DNA of 64,000 nt from an uncultured Planctomycetaceae bacterium (GCA_963813715.1 CAWFAK010000014.1:126810-190809); one strand, 5' to 3'; counted from the first letter of the stretch, positions 11,226 to 22,666 are shown. Made by a program: numbers and translations. The notes: a model not told the origin generated them from the letters alone.

Positions 11226-12984
11226 GGCGTTGCACTTTGTCGAGACATCGACCGCGGAGGGTCTGGCATCGCGCGTAGAATCCACCCGTGCGCGTGTCCA
11301 ACACACTCCGCCCGAACTGCGTTAGTGTGTAGGCGGCGTTGCGTTCTTTCTCGTTGCGGCGGCGAACCGACCAGGGGAGCACGTAAGGGTTGTGCTCGGT
11401 CGCCAGCGAGGCACGCGTCATCGTCGAGCCGCCCGGCCCGGACGAGATCGAATACGTCACTTGTTGGATCAGGCCGTCCACCTGAATCGGCACGAGCCCC
11501 GCGTAAGGGACGTCGAGCGAATCTTGTTCGATGTACTCCTGGGCGGCTGCCTGCAGGTAGTAATTGGCCTCCGCGTTCAGGTCGTCGGAGTCCGTGTTGT
11601 CGGTGAAGTCGGTGAGGTCGAAGTTGTTGTCGAAAGTCCCGACGGATTTGCCGAATATGTCCTCGTGGCGAATGATGCGGGGCTGAGTCGGCACGGCTGA
11701 GCTGAGCTGCAGATCCTGGGTGTAGCGAAAGAACTCCCAGGTATCCGAGTCTCGAACCGAATAAGCGATCTTCACCTGGATGTTGGCGGGCGAGTACTTG
11801 CCGTTGGACACGGAGTAGAGCTGATCTTCGGTGATGATCAGCCAACGGTCTTCGTCCACCGTGATTCCGTTCTTGTAGGTTCCCTGCGTCGAATCTGGCG
11901 TCTGCACGGTCTGGCCGTACTTGGGATCGAATGAGCCCCAGATTTCCGGCTTTTTCGGCACCGTTTTCGTGGCATCGTTGGGATCGAAGTGTGTGTCGAC
12001 GAGCCGATTGTAAAGTCTGAGCTGACGCATATCGGTTACGTCCGGCGCGTCGTTGCTCGGCACCTGGATGGGCCCATCGACACGCCACATCTTATAAATC
12101 GATTTTTCGACGAGGGGCAGAACGTCTGGCTCGTCATTGAAACTGGGAAAGCCGTTGGGGTCTTCAGTCTCCCAGCCGTTGTCCGGCGCGTAACTCAGGT
12201 CGTCCAGTTCCTGAACGGACCCGTCGGTGTCGATGCCGACTGCCGTCAAGGGGATGAATCCTTGAAAGACCCAGGGGCCGCCAACCAGCTTGATCGAGCT
12301 CGGAGTGTTGGGCGGATCGATTCCCTCCGAGATGAAAGTCTGCAGCCCGTTGTCGGGAAGGGGCTGGCCTTGGCCGACGCTCACGATTCGGACGCTGTCG
12401 TCGGCGAGCCAGTAGACGACTCGGCAGCCCAGACTTTCGCAAAGCGATTGCAACGCTTCGGCCGGATTCGCGTAGGACCAGTCGATCTCGGGCCGCGAGT
12501 CGTTTGGTAGCGCAGAGACGTCGTAATTCTGTTCGTTCATTGCCTGCAAACAGAGCGTCGCAAGATCCTGCGGAGCTTGCTCCGTGCCCGGCCGAATGTT
12601 GTTGCCGTCGCCAGCTTCTTGGTTGTTGCTGGCGGTCGAGTTAAACCCTTCGTCCGCGTTCGCGCCTCCGGGCATCCGCAGGTTGTAATGACCGGAGATG
12701 TAGCCGAACTTCCAGAGCCAACGCCGATCGAGAATCGTGATCCGCGCGATATAGCCTTTTTCGCTCTGATCGATGTGCGCGCTGTCCAACAGGCAATTCG
12801 GCAGGGCAATCCCCAGATCGTTGTACTCGAAGGTGAGATTGCCGGTGGGCTGCAAACCAGTCACGAGGTTTTGCGGCAGCTCAATGGTGCACTTGCCGGG
12901 GCTGATGCCCTGCGAGAGGACGTACTCGGCCTTCGTAAATGTCGCCAGGCCGGGATAGCTGACGATTCCCTGCGGTGCGCTCAT
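11206..12984 (-). CDS. Putative baseplate hub / tail-tip hub protein
   Basis: 592 aa, acidic; PAEALQSLCESLGCRVVY segment typical of hub proteins; position in tail operon. Confidence 0.55.
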   Translation of the reverse strand: MSAPQGIVSYPGLATFTKAEYVLSQGISPGKCTIELPQNLVTGLQPTGNLTFEYNDLGIALPNCLLDSAHIDQSEKGYIARITILDRRWLWKFGYISGHYNLRMPGGANADEGFNSTASNNQEAGDGNNIRPGTEQAPQDLATLCLQAMNEQNYDVSALPNDSRPEIDWSYANPAEALQSLCESLGCRVVYWLADDSVRIVSVGQGQPLPDNGLQTFISEGIDPPNTPSSIKLVGGPWVFQGFIPLTAVGIDTDGSVQELDDLSYAPDNGWETEDPNGFPSFNDEPDVLPLVEKSIYKMWRVDGPIQVPSNDAPDVTDMRQLRLYNRLVDTHFDPNDATKTVPKKPEIWGSFDPKYGQTVQTPDSTQGTYKNGITVDEDRWLIITEDQLYSVSNGKYSPANIQVKIAYSVRDSDTWEFFRYTQDLQLSSAVPTQPRIIRHEDIFGKSVGTFDNNFDLTDFTDNTDSDDLNAEANYYLQAAAQEYIEQDSLDVPYAGLVPIQVDGLIQQVTYSISSGPGGSTMTRASLATEHNPYVLPWSVRRRNEKERNAAYTLTQFGRSVLDTRTGGFYARCQTLRGRCLDKVQRHASRAE

Positions 12985-14225
12985 ACGGCCGTTCTCGTCA
13001 GCGTCAGGTTTTCGCCGAGTTCCAGGCCCGAGAGGTCGTCGGACTGCTCGAGTACGATCACGAGCGAGCCGACGACCTGGTCGGGGTCGATGATCTGGCT
13101 CGAGTCGCCGTACTTTTGAATCGGGTTGGTGACCGTTTTCGGCTGTTGGTCTTTCGAGAAGTCCAAGACGCCCTTGTCGGCCACGACCGGATTGCCGCTG
13201 ATGGTGCCCGTCGAGTTCCAGGTGACGTAACCCGACTGGTTGACGGCAAGGCTGCCCGCACCGCCGATGCCGTAAACGGTGCAGGTTCCCGCGGTCACCA
13301 GCAGGGACGTCATGCCTCCATAGAAGGTGACGTTGCCGCCGTTTTGCGTGACTGTGCCGACGTTGGCCAGGGCACCGATGGTCAATTGCACGTCGCCGTT
13401 GACGTTGGAGACGTAACCGACGTTGAGGTCGTCGACCGTCGCCACGTTGCCCGGAAAGAAGGCGATGCCGACCTGGCCTTTATTGACGTTCACCACGTTG
13501 CCCGCATTCGTGCCGCGCCACGTGAAAGCCGGATTCCCCTGATCGAGCGGCTGGCCCGTGTTGTAGACGTTGAGCGTGCAGATGTTCAGGCCGACATTGA
13601 TCTTGATGCGGCCCGAACCCTGGGCTGACGTGCCTGCGAATTGTCCGACGTTGAGCGACGTCGCCGACGCCGCAAGCTCCGTGGGGCGATACTCGTAGTA
13701 CCCCTTGAGGGGCAGGCCGATTGTGCCCGTGTAGGTCTGGTAAACGCTCAGGCTGTTGAGCGTGATCGAAGGCTGGCTGATGTTGTAGAGGCAGGCGACG
13801 TTGCCCGAGTTGAATACGACGTCGTCGCCGTTGGCGGGGATTGTATCGGACGACCAGTTAGCCGCGTTGTCCCAAAAGTTGGGGCCGGTGCAGGCTGTCG
13901 TCGCCGCTTGCGTGAACGTCGCGCTGCCGGACGTTTGTACGGAAAGGCTGATGGCAAACGGCACGCCTGCCGTGTTGCCCGTCAATGTAATCGCGCTAAT
14001 CGCGTTTTGCGGCGTGAATTCGCCGAACTCGGAGTAGGGGGCGTTGGCGAGGGCTGTGGCGAGGCCGTTGCAGACGTCGGCAATCGTGCCGGCCGCGGTC
14101 TGGTACGAAACGCTCTTGTTGTTGACGGTGACGGCGAATGTGTCGTTCTCGTTGGGGCTGGCAGGGGTCAGCGTCGTGACTTGAGCGACGGGCGCCGCGT
14201 TTCCGGTCCAGGTTTTCGTCGTCAT
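12981..14225 (-). CDS. Virion structural/tail protein with beta-helix-like C-terminus
   Basis: Thr/Gly/Asn-rich; NFWDNAANWS..P..GDDVVF motif; translationally coupled to neighbours. Confidence 0.55.
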   Translation of the reverse strand: MTTKTWTGNAAPVAQVTTLTPASPNENDTFAVTVNNKSVSYQTAAGTIADVCNGLATALANAPYSEFGEFTPQNAISAITLTGNTAGVPFAISLSVQTSGSATFTQAATTACTGPNFWDNAANWSSDTIPANGDDVVFNSGNVACLYNISQPSITLNSLSVYQTYTGTIGLPLKGYYEYRPTELAASATSLNVGQFAGTSAQGSGRIKINVGLNICTLNVYNTGQPLDQGNPAFTWRGTNAGNVVNVNKGQVGIAFFPGNVATVDDLNVGYVSNVNGDVQLTIGALANVGTVTQNGGNVTFYGGMTSLLVTAGTCTVYGIGGAGSLAVNQSGYVTWNSTGTISGNPVVADKGVLDFSKDQQPKTVTNPIQKYGDSSQIIDPDQVVGSLVIVLEQSDDLSGLELGENLTLTRTAV

Positions 14226-14227
14226 GT

Positions 14228-14953
14228 TTAGCTCGCGTTGGGTAGTCCGGTGAGCGATCCGCTGGCCTCGAACGTGTACGACCAGCTGACCGGGTACTCG
14301 AGCTCGCCATAGCGTTGCGGCGAGCTGTATTTGATTTTTCGCTGCTGCTGAATTTCGGCCGCGGGCCAGGTTGGCGGGGGGACGGGCGGCGGCCCATAGA
14401 GCCCGATCGCCGACCCCGATTGAATCACGCGATACGTGCTCGCCTCGGAGGTTTGCTGCTGGATCCAATCGCCCTGCGCGACGGGAATCCAGACGACCAC
14501 CGGGCCGCCGGTCCCCTCGAAGTCCAGGCTCTCCTCGAATTTGACGATGACGTCTGCGCTAGTGAGGGCCATTTCCCCCTCGATCGCGAACGAATAGCTT
14601 CGCCCCGCCGCCGGCTGATACTCGGCCGTGCCGAGCGTGTCGGGAAAACTCGGGGCTTGCACCACCCGCGTGCCGCCGTTGCAATTAGCACTGATCAAGG
14701 CGTGTGCGGTCGGCGTGATTCCATCGTCCAGGTACAGGACAAGGTTGTTGCCATCCACGGAGTACGCCGCGGTCAGCTGTTGAATGGCATTGGTCAGGTT
14801 CTGCTGCGTGGCATAGTTCAGCAGCAATCCCTGGCAGTCCCAACGTTCCTTGTAGGCATAGAAGAGCCCGCCCTGCGAACGCATCGGCTCGCGCGTAATG
14901 CGAATGCTGACTTCGTTCTGGCTGTGCTGATAAGGGCCGTATTTGACGATCAT
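14228..14953 (-). CDS. Putative distal tail (Dit-like) protein
   Basis: First minus-strand gene after tape measure; 241 aa with coding-like composition. Confidence 0.45.
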   Translation of the reverse strand: MIVKYGPYQHSQNEVSIRITREPMRSQGGLFYAYKERWDCQGLLLNYATQQNLTNAIQQLTAAYSVDGNNLVLYLDDGITPTAHALISANCNGGTRVVQAPSFPDTLGTAEYQPAAGRSYSFAIEGEMALTSADVIVKFEESLDFEGTGGPVVVWIPVAQGDWIQQQTSEASTYRVIQSGSAIGLYGPPPVPPPTWPAAEIQQQRKIKYSSPQRYGELEYPVSWSYTFEASGSLTGLPNAS

Positions 14954-15015
14954 GGACTTTGGACTGTTGGCGGATTTAAATTGGGAGGTGCCGCGAATTG
15001 TTTTGGAGCTAACTC

Positions 15016-15507
15016 GTGCCCGAAGTGAAGTGCCCCAATTGCTCTCTGCGTCTGAAACTGCCCGACGCCGCCCTCGGGAAAAGAGTTAAGTGTTCAGCCT
15101 GCGAGCACTCGTTCGTTGCGGAGGCCGCTCAGGCGGGCCGACCGGATCAAGCCGTAGACCTGAGACCGGACCCGGCCTCTGAGGTGCCGTCTCGCACTTT
15201 CCCTGCGAGTCCAGTCAACAGATCGAGCCTGGGATTGCGAGGAATTCTGGTCATCGTCGTGGCCGCCGCCGGAGCGGTTATCCTGGCGATTGGATTGTTC
15301 GCCATGTTGAGCGCGTTGGGCATGGAAACAACGGTTGACGCCTCTCACAACGAACGTGGGCTGTTGGTAGAAAATCGCGTCCATAACCAGGGCTTGATGC
15401 ATAATCGGGAAATCGAAGTGCTCGTATCGGGCACGGCAATCGTGTCGGGACTCCTGATGATCGGATTCGCGTCGTTGCATCCGCCGCTCGCGGCGCGAGG
15501 CGAATGA
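15016..15507 (+). CDS. Zinc-ribbon (MJ0042-type) membrane protein, moron
   Basis: CPNC..LGKRVKCSAC N-terminus plus two TM helices; opposite strand to tail operon. Confidence 0.7.
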   Translation: MPEVKCPNCSLRLKLPDAALGKRVKCSACEHSFVAEAAQAGRPDQAVDLRPDPASEVPSRTFPASPVNRSSLGLRGILVIVVAAAGAVILAIGLFAMLSALGMETTVDASHNERGLLVENRVHNQGLMHNREIEVLVSGTAIVSGLLMIGFASLHPPLAARGE

Positions 15508-15598
15508 CATCTATTGTTTAACGATGGGGACAGTCGGGATAACTCGTCATATTGAGCCCGCGGTGAACTCGCGGACGAACTGCACTAGGAGTTGAGCA

Positions 15599-17898
15599 AT
15601 GGTCACAGTGGCTTGCCCGAACTGTGCCAAGCGCCTCAAGGCGCCGGACGAAGCCATTGGCAAGAAGGCGAAATGTACGAACTGCGGGCGCAGCTTCGTA
15701 TTGCCACCGCCACCGCCATCGCCGAGCGTAGAGCCGGCTGAGATTGTGCTGGAACCTGTCGACGCCCCGAGAGCAACGCGCCTCCCCGGGTGGTCGGCCG
15801 TGGCGCTCTGCTGTGGCGGCGGCGTTCTACTGCTGGTGTTAGTCGCGCTGGTATTCACACGGAGGAATGCCACAGCGCTCCCGCCAACGTCAGTCGCGGG
15901 TCCCCCGCTCGCTTCGGCCGCGGAACCTTCGCAGAAATCGGCGGCGTCTGCACCGAGTCCTGCGCTCGATGCTGCTGCTCCCGGGTCTCTTGTTACGAGC
16001 TCCGAGGCGTCGAAGACACTGGAAGCAGAGCTCCAGCAGTTCGCCAAGATGCCGGCCGATAAGGCTCTCCAAGTGTACTTCGAGGCCCTCACGCAAGAGG
16101 TAAACATGGAGTCAGAACGCCAGCCGTTACGCGACAAAGCACGGCAAGCGTACAACAAGGAATGGGAGAACGCGTTCACGAGCCGAGTTCCAAAGGATCT
16201 TGAGGATGCCCTGAAGAGGATGAGGGAGCACTCAGTAAGGCATAAGAGAGTGTTGGAAATCGCAATGATGCCGGGGCCTGAACGTGCCGCGGCGGTGGCG
16301 AGAGACTCGGCCGAGGAACAGCGAATCTGGAGACTACGCAAGCAGTTTAGGGACGAGGTCAAGCAGGGAAAAATCCTGGGATTCGTCAACTTCGTTCGAA
16401 ACGAACCAGGAAAGCGGGCAACCTTTGAAAACGCTCGAGACGAAGCTGCAAGAGTTGCAGACGAAGATCGACAAGTGTGAGGCAAGTCTTTTCCCCCGCT
16501 TGACCCGCGAACAGCTTGTCGAGGCCCGCAACTTTGTGCACGTGAGTATGCGTGCTGATGAAGACCTTCTCGCGGAATTGAAGAAGACGCTTGAACAGGT
16601 CGCGTCTGAAGCCGACAAGAAAGAGGTCGAATCCAGGACGCCCCCAGAACTCGAAGCCGCCCTTCGAAGACAGAACGATCTTGCTGTCCGGCTAAAGAGG
16701 ATGGCAGAAATCATGGAGTTGCCTTCGTCTCGCCAGCAGGAAGCTGCCCGGAAGAAGGATGCGGAAGAAGATCGGCGGCTGCATGAAATCTCTTCCGTCA
16801 TCGATGAGGAATCAAAGTGGATGGGTGCGCCGCTGGCGTTCGTACTTTACGTAAACGCTACAGACATTCAAGAAAAATGCGATCAGCAGGAGAAGAAATG
16901 TGCGAGGCTTCGCCGCGATCCCAAAAGCTTGAGGAATCTTTGAACGTTGCCCTCAAAACCGACTCGACCAGCCCTGCACCGGCGCAAGGGGCACTCGAAG
17001 CGGAGTTGCAGCAATTTGCGAAGCTGCCCGTCGACAGGGCGATGAAAGCGTACTGGAAGGGGCTCATCGAAGCATGGGACGCGGAATCGGAATACGATCG
17101 GCTTCGGCTCCAAGCGGACCAGGCATTCACGCGCCAATGCGAAAACGAATTCAAAAAGAGGGTTCCAGTGGATCTTGCGGACACTTTCAAGAGGATGACT
17201 GACCGCGCAGCAAGGCATGCAAGGTTATTGACGATTTGGAAGATGCAAGAGCCCGAGCGTGCGGTCGCGGAAGCCAAAGACGCTGCCGAGGAAGAGCGAG
17301 TCTGGAAGCTGCGACAGCAGTTTGACGATGAACAAGAGCAAGGCAAGGTTTCGGAACTTACCAATTCAAAGAATGAGACGGCGCAGCGACTCAAGGCCGA
17401 AGACTCCAAAATCCAGGCGCTGCGGGCCAGGGCTGGGAAGTTCGAAGGCAACCTGTTTCCCCGGATGAGCCGCGACCAGGTTGCAACAATGCGCAATTCG
17501 TCAACCCGAACACTCGGCTCGAAGAGGACAAGCTCGCGGAGCTAAAAAAGGCATTGGACGCAACTGCGAAGCGGTCGTCCCTGAAAGAGGTCGAGTCTAG
17601 AATGCGCCCGGAATTGGAGGCCGCCTTTCGCCGAGCGAGCGATCCTGCACTTATGATGAATCGTGCCGACGGCGATGCTGCACAGCGTAAGCAGGCAGAG
17701 GACGATGGCAAACTCCGGGACCTTGCGATTGCTATAGCGAAGGAAACGAAGCTGCACGGTCCACCAATGACAATGAAAGCGGACATAGATGCCACCGACC
17801 TGCCGAATAGGATTGCGTGGCAAGAGGAAAAGTGCTCTAACCGTCGTGCCATATCCATGAAGCTTGAGGATCTGTTAAATGCCAAAGATGGTAGGTAG
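15599..17898 (+). CDS. Zinc-ribbon + TM + duplicated helical domain protein (several frameshifts), moron
   Basis: CPNC..GKKAKCTNC, TM, then EAELQQFAK... domain twice (~16020 and ~16995) across ORFs 15599-16480, 16284-16943, 16817-17545, 17554-17898. Confidence 0.55.
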
Positions 17899-17914
17899 AC
17901 GAGTAGATGTGTAG

Positions 17915-20113
17915 TTATGGATTGTTTGCTTCTTTCGCCCTTTGTGCATTTCGACTCGCTTCTGCCGCTTGTTGTTTTGCGCCGTTCACCACTGCGTCTG
18001 CGATTTCTTTCAGGGCTTTGGCGGAGTCAGCATTGGCGGCCTGAATCGCTGCTTTGACCATTTCGACAGCGCTCGCGGTCTGGTGCGGCTTTTCTCCGGG
18101 GCGCAGGGCATAGGGGTTGGAATACCCCTCCTTGTCCGATTTGGTGGTTTCGACTTTCTCTTGCGCGGCGACTGCCCTGTCAGACGTATGCGCAAAATCC
18201 TGGACCGCCTGCATGTAGTCGTTTAGGGTCTTCTTCGCGTCTTGCTGGGCCTGAGCTAGCTCGCGTGTCGATTCGGCCAGGTGCTGCTGCGCGTTATCCA
18301 AGGCTTCTTCGCCACCGGCAGCCTTTCGCCACTTCACAAACTCCGGATCCAGATCCTCAGCCATTCGATCGTTGACCTTGTGCTGAATCGTGCCGCTCGT
18401 CAGGCCGTGTTCCTGCAGGAAGAGCGCGTCTTTCCGATCAATTCTCTGACCGTGGGCAAGGTTCTTGAAGATCCCAGTTGCCGTTTGTTGATCGCCCTTC
18501 GACAGCATCGACATGCGGGCTTTGTCGGACAGTTCGCGTTCCTTCTCAGCTTTGACCTGTTCTTGGGCGGCGGCCTTTTGATGTTCAGCGGCGCGCACTT
18601 GCTGCTCCATCACGGCCAATTGGTTCCCCAGCTCGACTGTCCGCTCTCGCGCCATGGTCCTCATCTCATTCGCGAGCTTGAGCGACTTCTCCTCCTGCAA
18701 CAGCTGTTCTTGCAGGCTAACCGTGGTCGCAACGATTCCCCCTTCACCCTCTTTCTGGGGATTGGAGACGCCCCCTTGATTTTGTCGCAGTTTGAGATTG
18801 CGCTCTTTTGTTCCCTGAGCGATGTCCGCCGCCTCAGCCTGTTCCTTTTGCTTTCGAAGCAGTTTTTGGGCGTAAGTATCTTGGGAGACCTTCCGATCGT
18901 CTCGGGCAAGATTCTGGTCCTGCTCATGAAGCTCGCGCGCGCTCCCAACGTTGTTCGGGTCAACTCCATTAATCCGCTGCGCATAGCGCGCCCCAATGGG
19001 CACCATCTCGGCGGCTTCGTGTTGGAACTTTTGCGACTCCTCAATCCGGTCCTTCGCCTCATAGACGGACCGGGTATTCTGCTCATTGCGCTGGAGCTGC
19101 TCGAGCTGTTTCTGGTGGGCCTCCTGCGTCTCCGCAATCTTCTTTTCGATTTCGGCACTGCGCTTTCGTGGATTCGTTCCACTCCATCACGGTACCTGAG
19201 AGGGTGTCGAAATTGCCGCCAAGGAAGCCGACCTTGTTGAGGAGCAGTTTGAAACCGTCGTGGAGGGCAACGCCACCGGCGACAGCGACTGCGCCGAAGC
19301 CCGCAATTTGGGCCGCCGCCCCAATTCCGCCCCAGCCACCAAAACCCGCCAACGCAGTGCTGCCGAGATTCTTGATGGTACCGCCGAGCACCGTGGCAGT
19401 TGCCACCTTTTCCGTTGTGTTGGCGACACTCGCGGCTGTTTTCGCTCCTTTGAACGAGTCATAGAGTTCCTTGCCCGCCTTGTAGACCTCGTGCGCAGTC
19501 TTTGGCTGCATCGACAGCCTCTCCCGCCCTTTCAAGTTTTCCTTTCTCGGAATCGAAGGCCGCGGACACATGCTTGGAGAAACTGACACCCTTTTCGGCG
19601 ACGATCAGAGCGTTTTCGACGCGGGACGGTTTCTCCTTCCCAGTCGGCTCTTCGCTCTTTTTCTCCTGGGGGGCTTCCTGCGAACGCCCCTCTGCTTCGG
19701 ATTTCGGATTGGGAGACGGCTTGGAGGGCTCCGGATGTCCCTGAGCCTCGGGCTCCGAGTAATGCTTGGACTCATGACTCTCGGTTGAGGAGCCTTCTGC
19801 CTTCGGAGCCTCAGATTCAGACGACGCTTTGGCTTCGAGCTTCTCGAGTTGAGCAGACGCCTTCTCGAGGGCCTTCGACATCGACTCGCCGATCGACTTG
19901 GCCCAACCGTGCGACTTCTTGACGAGCTTCTCGCCGAGATGCTCGGTGTCCTTGACCATTTTGTCGAAAGCGTCGTGGACCTGCGTCGTAAGCTGTTTGA
20001 GGACAGCATCGTTGCCGCTGTCTGCGACCATCTTCAGCTTGAGTTCCATGACCCTCGACTTGTCGGGGGGGCCGGCAAGTGCCGAGGCCGATCGTGTCGA
20101 GAGCATTCGCCAT
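17915..20113 (-). CDS. Tape measure protein (frameshifted)
   Basis: Follows chaperone pair; Ala/Gln/Lys coiled-coil with hydrophobic Gly/Ala stretch; ORFs 19459-20106, 19083-19589, 17915-19006. Confidence 0.7.
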
Positions 20114-20506
20114 TCAAAACGTCCTCGTCAGCACGGCTTCGAGCAGTTTTTCCAGGTGCTCGTGCCGGGCTTCTTCGATGTACTCTTCAACTTCGCGGAT
20201 CAGGCCCGCGTGGTATTTCACGATCGAGTCGTCCGGGAACTGGCCGGTGGCCTTACATTGCAGGTAGTGGGCGTAGGCCTTTTGGTTTTGCCGGGTGAGC
20301 GATTTTGGATGCTCGGGCGTCCCCTTGGGGCAGCCGTTTTCTTTTTGCCGGCAGGGGGGGACCGAAACGAAGCCTTTGGGCGGCCGCCGCAGCGGCTTGC
20401 CGTCGGCGGTCGTGTCGATCGCGCCGGTCTTCTCGTTGTAGAGCCATTCGTGACATTTCTGGCAGTCTCGGCGGGCAACCTGGGGGTATCGCTTCAGGAG
20501 CAACAC
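20114..20506 (-). CDS. Tail assembly chaperone extension (gpT-like), Cys-rich
   Basis: In -1 frame behind slippery CCCAAAC of upstream chaperone; no own RBS; CQKC/PPC..GCPKG. Confidence 0.65.
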   Translation of the reverse strand: MLLLKRYPQVARRDCQKCHEWLYNEKTGAIDTTADGKPLRRPPKGFVSVPPCRQKENGCPKGTPEHPKSLTRQNQKAYAHYLQCKATGQFPDDSIVKYHAGLIREVEEYIEEARHEHLEKLLEAVLTRTF

Positions 20507-20511
20507 CCCGC

Positions 20512-20901
20512 TTACGAGTTTGGGGCGCCGGCCTCCACCGATTGCGATTCGTCCGACGTCTCGTGCGACGGCTGCGAATCGGACGGCTCAAGCTGAAACA
20601 CGATCGCCTGCAGCCGGTCGTAGAGCGTCACCGGCAGCTTGCGCAAGGTCGCGCCGTCGTGTGGCACGGCTTCGCCCTTGGCGTTCTTCAAGTCCCAGTT
20701 CTTGATGGCCTTGGCGAGAAACGCGGCCACGCGCTCGACCTTCTTGTCCGCCTGCAGGTTGTCGAAGCCGTTGCCATAAACGGCCGCCCGATCGCCGGCC
20801 GTCGCCGCCCGGTACGTGAACGCCACGGCCGCGTGCAGGCCCGGAGCCTCCTTCACGTAACCCGAAACCGTGTATCCGTCGTCGATGAAACCGATGGTCA
20901 T
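20512..20901 (-). CDS. Tail assembly chaperone (gpG-like)
   Basis: Between tube and tape measure; AIKNWDLKNAKGEAVP motif. Confidence 0.7.
   Translation of the reverse strand: MTIGFIDDGYTVSGYVKEAPGLHAAVAFTYRAATAGDRAAVYGNGFDNLQADKKVERVAAFLAKAIKNWDLKNAKGEAVPHDGATLRKLPVTLYDRLQAIVFQLEPSDSQPSHETSDESQSVEAGAPNS
20518..20524 (-). promoter_or_regulatory. Programmed -1 frameshift slippery site C CCA AAC
   Basis: X XXY YYZ heptamer in correct phase, one codon before TAA; -1 frame runs into 20114-20506. Confidence 0.75.
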
Positions 20902-20907
20902 TTTTTA

Positions 20908-20940
20908 GTCCAAAGTCCAAGGTTCAAAGTCCAAGGTCAA
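20908..20940. repeat. Short heptamer tandem repeat (caaagtc/caaggtt)
   Basis: gtccaaagtccaaggttcaaagtccaaggtcaa. Confidence 0.5.
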
Positions 20941-21012
20941 ATAAAGAACGCTGCCCGGATGCCACGCGCAAGGCGGCCACGTGCGGCTTGCCCGCAGGAA
21001 GGTAGCCCGCGG

Positions 21013-21930
21013 CTACCCGTGGGCGTTTGTGACGCTGAGTTCGAGCGACGATCCGGTCTTCTCGGCCTTGGCGTCGATCTCGAGCTTGATTTCGTCCCCC
21101 TTTTTGCTGACAGCGGGGGACTTGCCCGGCCACATGAGGTACGGAGTCGAAAACGTCAGCACCGACTGGGTCGAGCTGATCGTTTCTTCCGCATTCGAGA
21201 AGACGGCCGTCGCAGCCCCGAACGAGGCCGCGGCGATGTTGTAGAGCGACGTTTGCGCGCTCGTCCACGGCGTGCTCATCTTCACCGTTACGTGTCGATC
21301 GGTGGTCGGAATCTGCGAGCGAGTGAGTTCGTTGACGAACCGGTCGGCGAGCAGGTTGTTGTCGATCGTCAGCTCCCAGCTGAATCCCGAGACGCTCGTG
21401 CTCCCGAGGACGTTGAAGGCCGCATCGGAGTAAATGAACGGGCGGTTCGTGTCGACGGTCATGCCGGTCGGGAACGAGCCGGCCGTGCTCACCGATTCGG
21501 TCTCGGCTTCAACCTCGAGTGCGCACTTGAGCTGCGCGTCTTGCGGCGAGGCGCTGAACGTCGCCTTGCCCACGTAGCATGGGCCGTACGTGAAGACCTG
21601 GGCCACGCGATCGATCATCAAGTAGAAGGACGGCAGCGTGTCGGTGAGGGAGTAGACCGAAGACGTCGGCCCGGTGCCCAGGATGTATCCCAAGAGCGTG
21701 TCCATGCTGTGAATGTCGCACAGCAGGTTGACCGTGCCGCTGACCTTGTACGGCATCGTCCGCACGCGTTCCTGCGAGTACGAGCGAGTGCCGCGAATGC
21801 CCGGGCTGTCGCTGAAGGCGCACTGCGCGGTGATCGATTCGCTGACGAATTCCAGCCACAGCGACGAACTGGAAAACGAAGACGTCGCGGAAAGCGCCAT
21901 CTGTGAGGCATAGCCGATGGAAGCGGTCAT
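21013..21930 (-). CDS. Major tail tube protein (non-contractile)
   Basis: 305 aa Ser/Thr-rich; SWELTIDNNL motif typical of tail tubes; position before chaperones. Confidence 0.75.
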   Translation of the reverse strand: MTASIGYASQMALSATSSFSSSSLWLEFVSESITAQCAFSDSPGIRGTRSYSQERVRTMPYKVSGTVNLLCDIHSMDTLLGYILGTGPTSSVYSLTDTLPSFYLMIDRVAQVFTYGPCYVGKATFSASPQDAQLKCALEVEAETESVSTAGSFPTGMTVDTNRPFIYSDAAFNVLGSTSVSGFSWELTIDNNLLADRFVNELTRSQIPTTDRHVTVKMSTPWTSAQTSLYNIAAASFGAATAVFSNAEETISSTQSVLTFSTPYLMWPGKSPAVSKKGDEIKLEIDAKAEKTGSSLELSVTNAHG

Positions 21931-22020
21931 TATCTTTCTTGTCCTTTGTGGTGCCGACGGAACCCGGCCGATTACCCGACGGGCTCGGCATTCGCGCCGA
22001 TCTGCCGGGTCAAATGTGGG

Positions 22021-22660
22021 CTAACGCGTGCCGAGGTTATGAATGATCTGCTCCCGCAGCCGCGCGGCGGCCCGCGCGGTCGGTGAGTTGTTGACGTCTG
22101 GTAACGGTTTCGCGGCACCCCGGTGGGAGTTCGCGGACCGGGGAAAGCTTTGGGCGATGGTCTTGAGACAGCTGGCCGACGTCGGCCGAAACGGGGATGG
22201 GACCGTCGTAGCGCCGCCGGGCAAATTGATGGGGGCCTCATCCTCGGTGGTTTGGCCGTCAAGACTGTCGAGGGCGGCGAGGAGGTCTCCGAGCCAGTTG
22301 TCCAGTTGTTCGACGGGAATGGGGGCAGTCGTCACGACTTCGGCTCCTCGCTCGACTTGGTGCCCGGGCCCAGATTGGTGCGGGGGCTCGGCTTGTTTGC
22401 GGGACGGGTTGGACTCTTCGCGGTTTTGGCTGCCAATTCCGCGGCGCTGGCCAGCGCGACTTCGATTGGTTCGCCGGCGTCGATCGGATTTCGAGCTGTG
22501 TCGAATTGTCGATGCACGCGGCCAACCAGCCTGGTCGTCTCGGGCAAACCGAACGCTTGCCGGTAGGCGGCGACGTTGGCGGCCAGGTCGCCGGTCGGGA
22601 TAGTGGCGGCGGCCGCACTGGGCGTAGATCAGCATTTGTGGTTCAGAATTGGTTCGGACA
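22021..22660 (-). CDS. Two small hypothetical neck/tail-completion-region proteins (frameshifted or degenerate)
   Basis: Short ORFs ~22332-22660 and 22021-22335 between terminator and tube. Confidence 0.3.
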
Positions 22661-22666
22661 TCGGAT

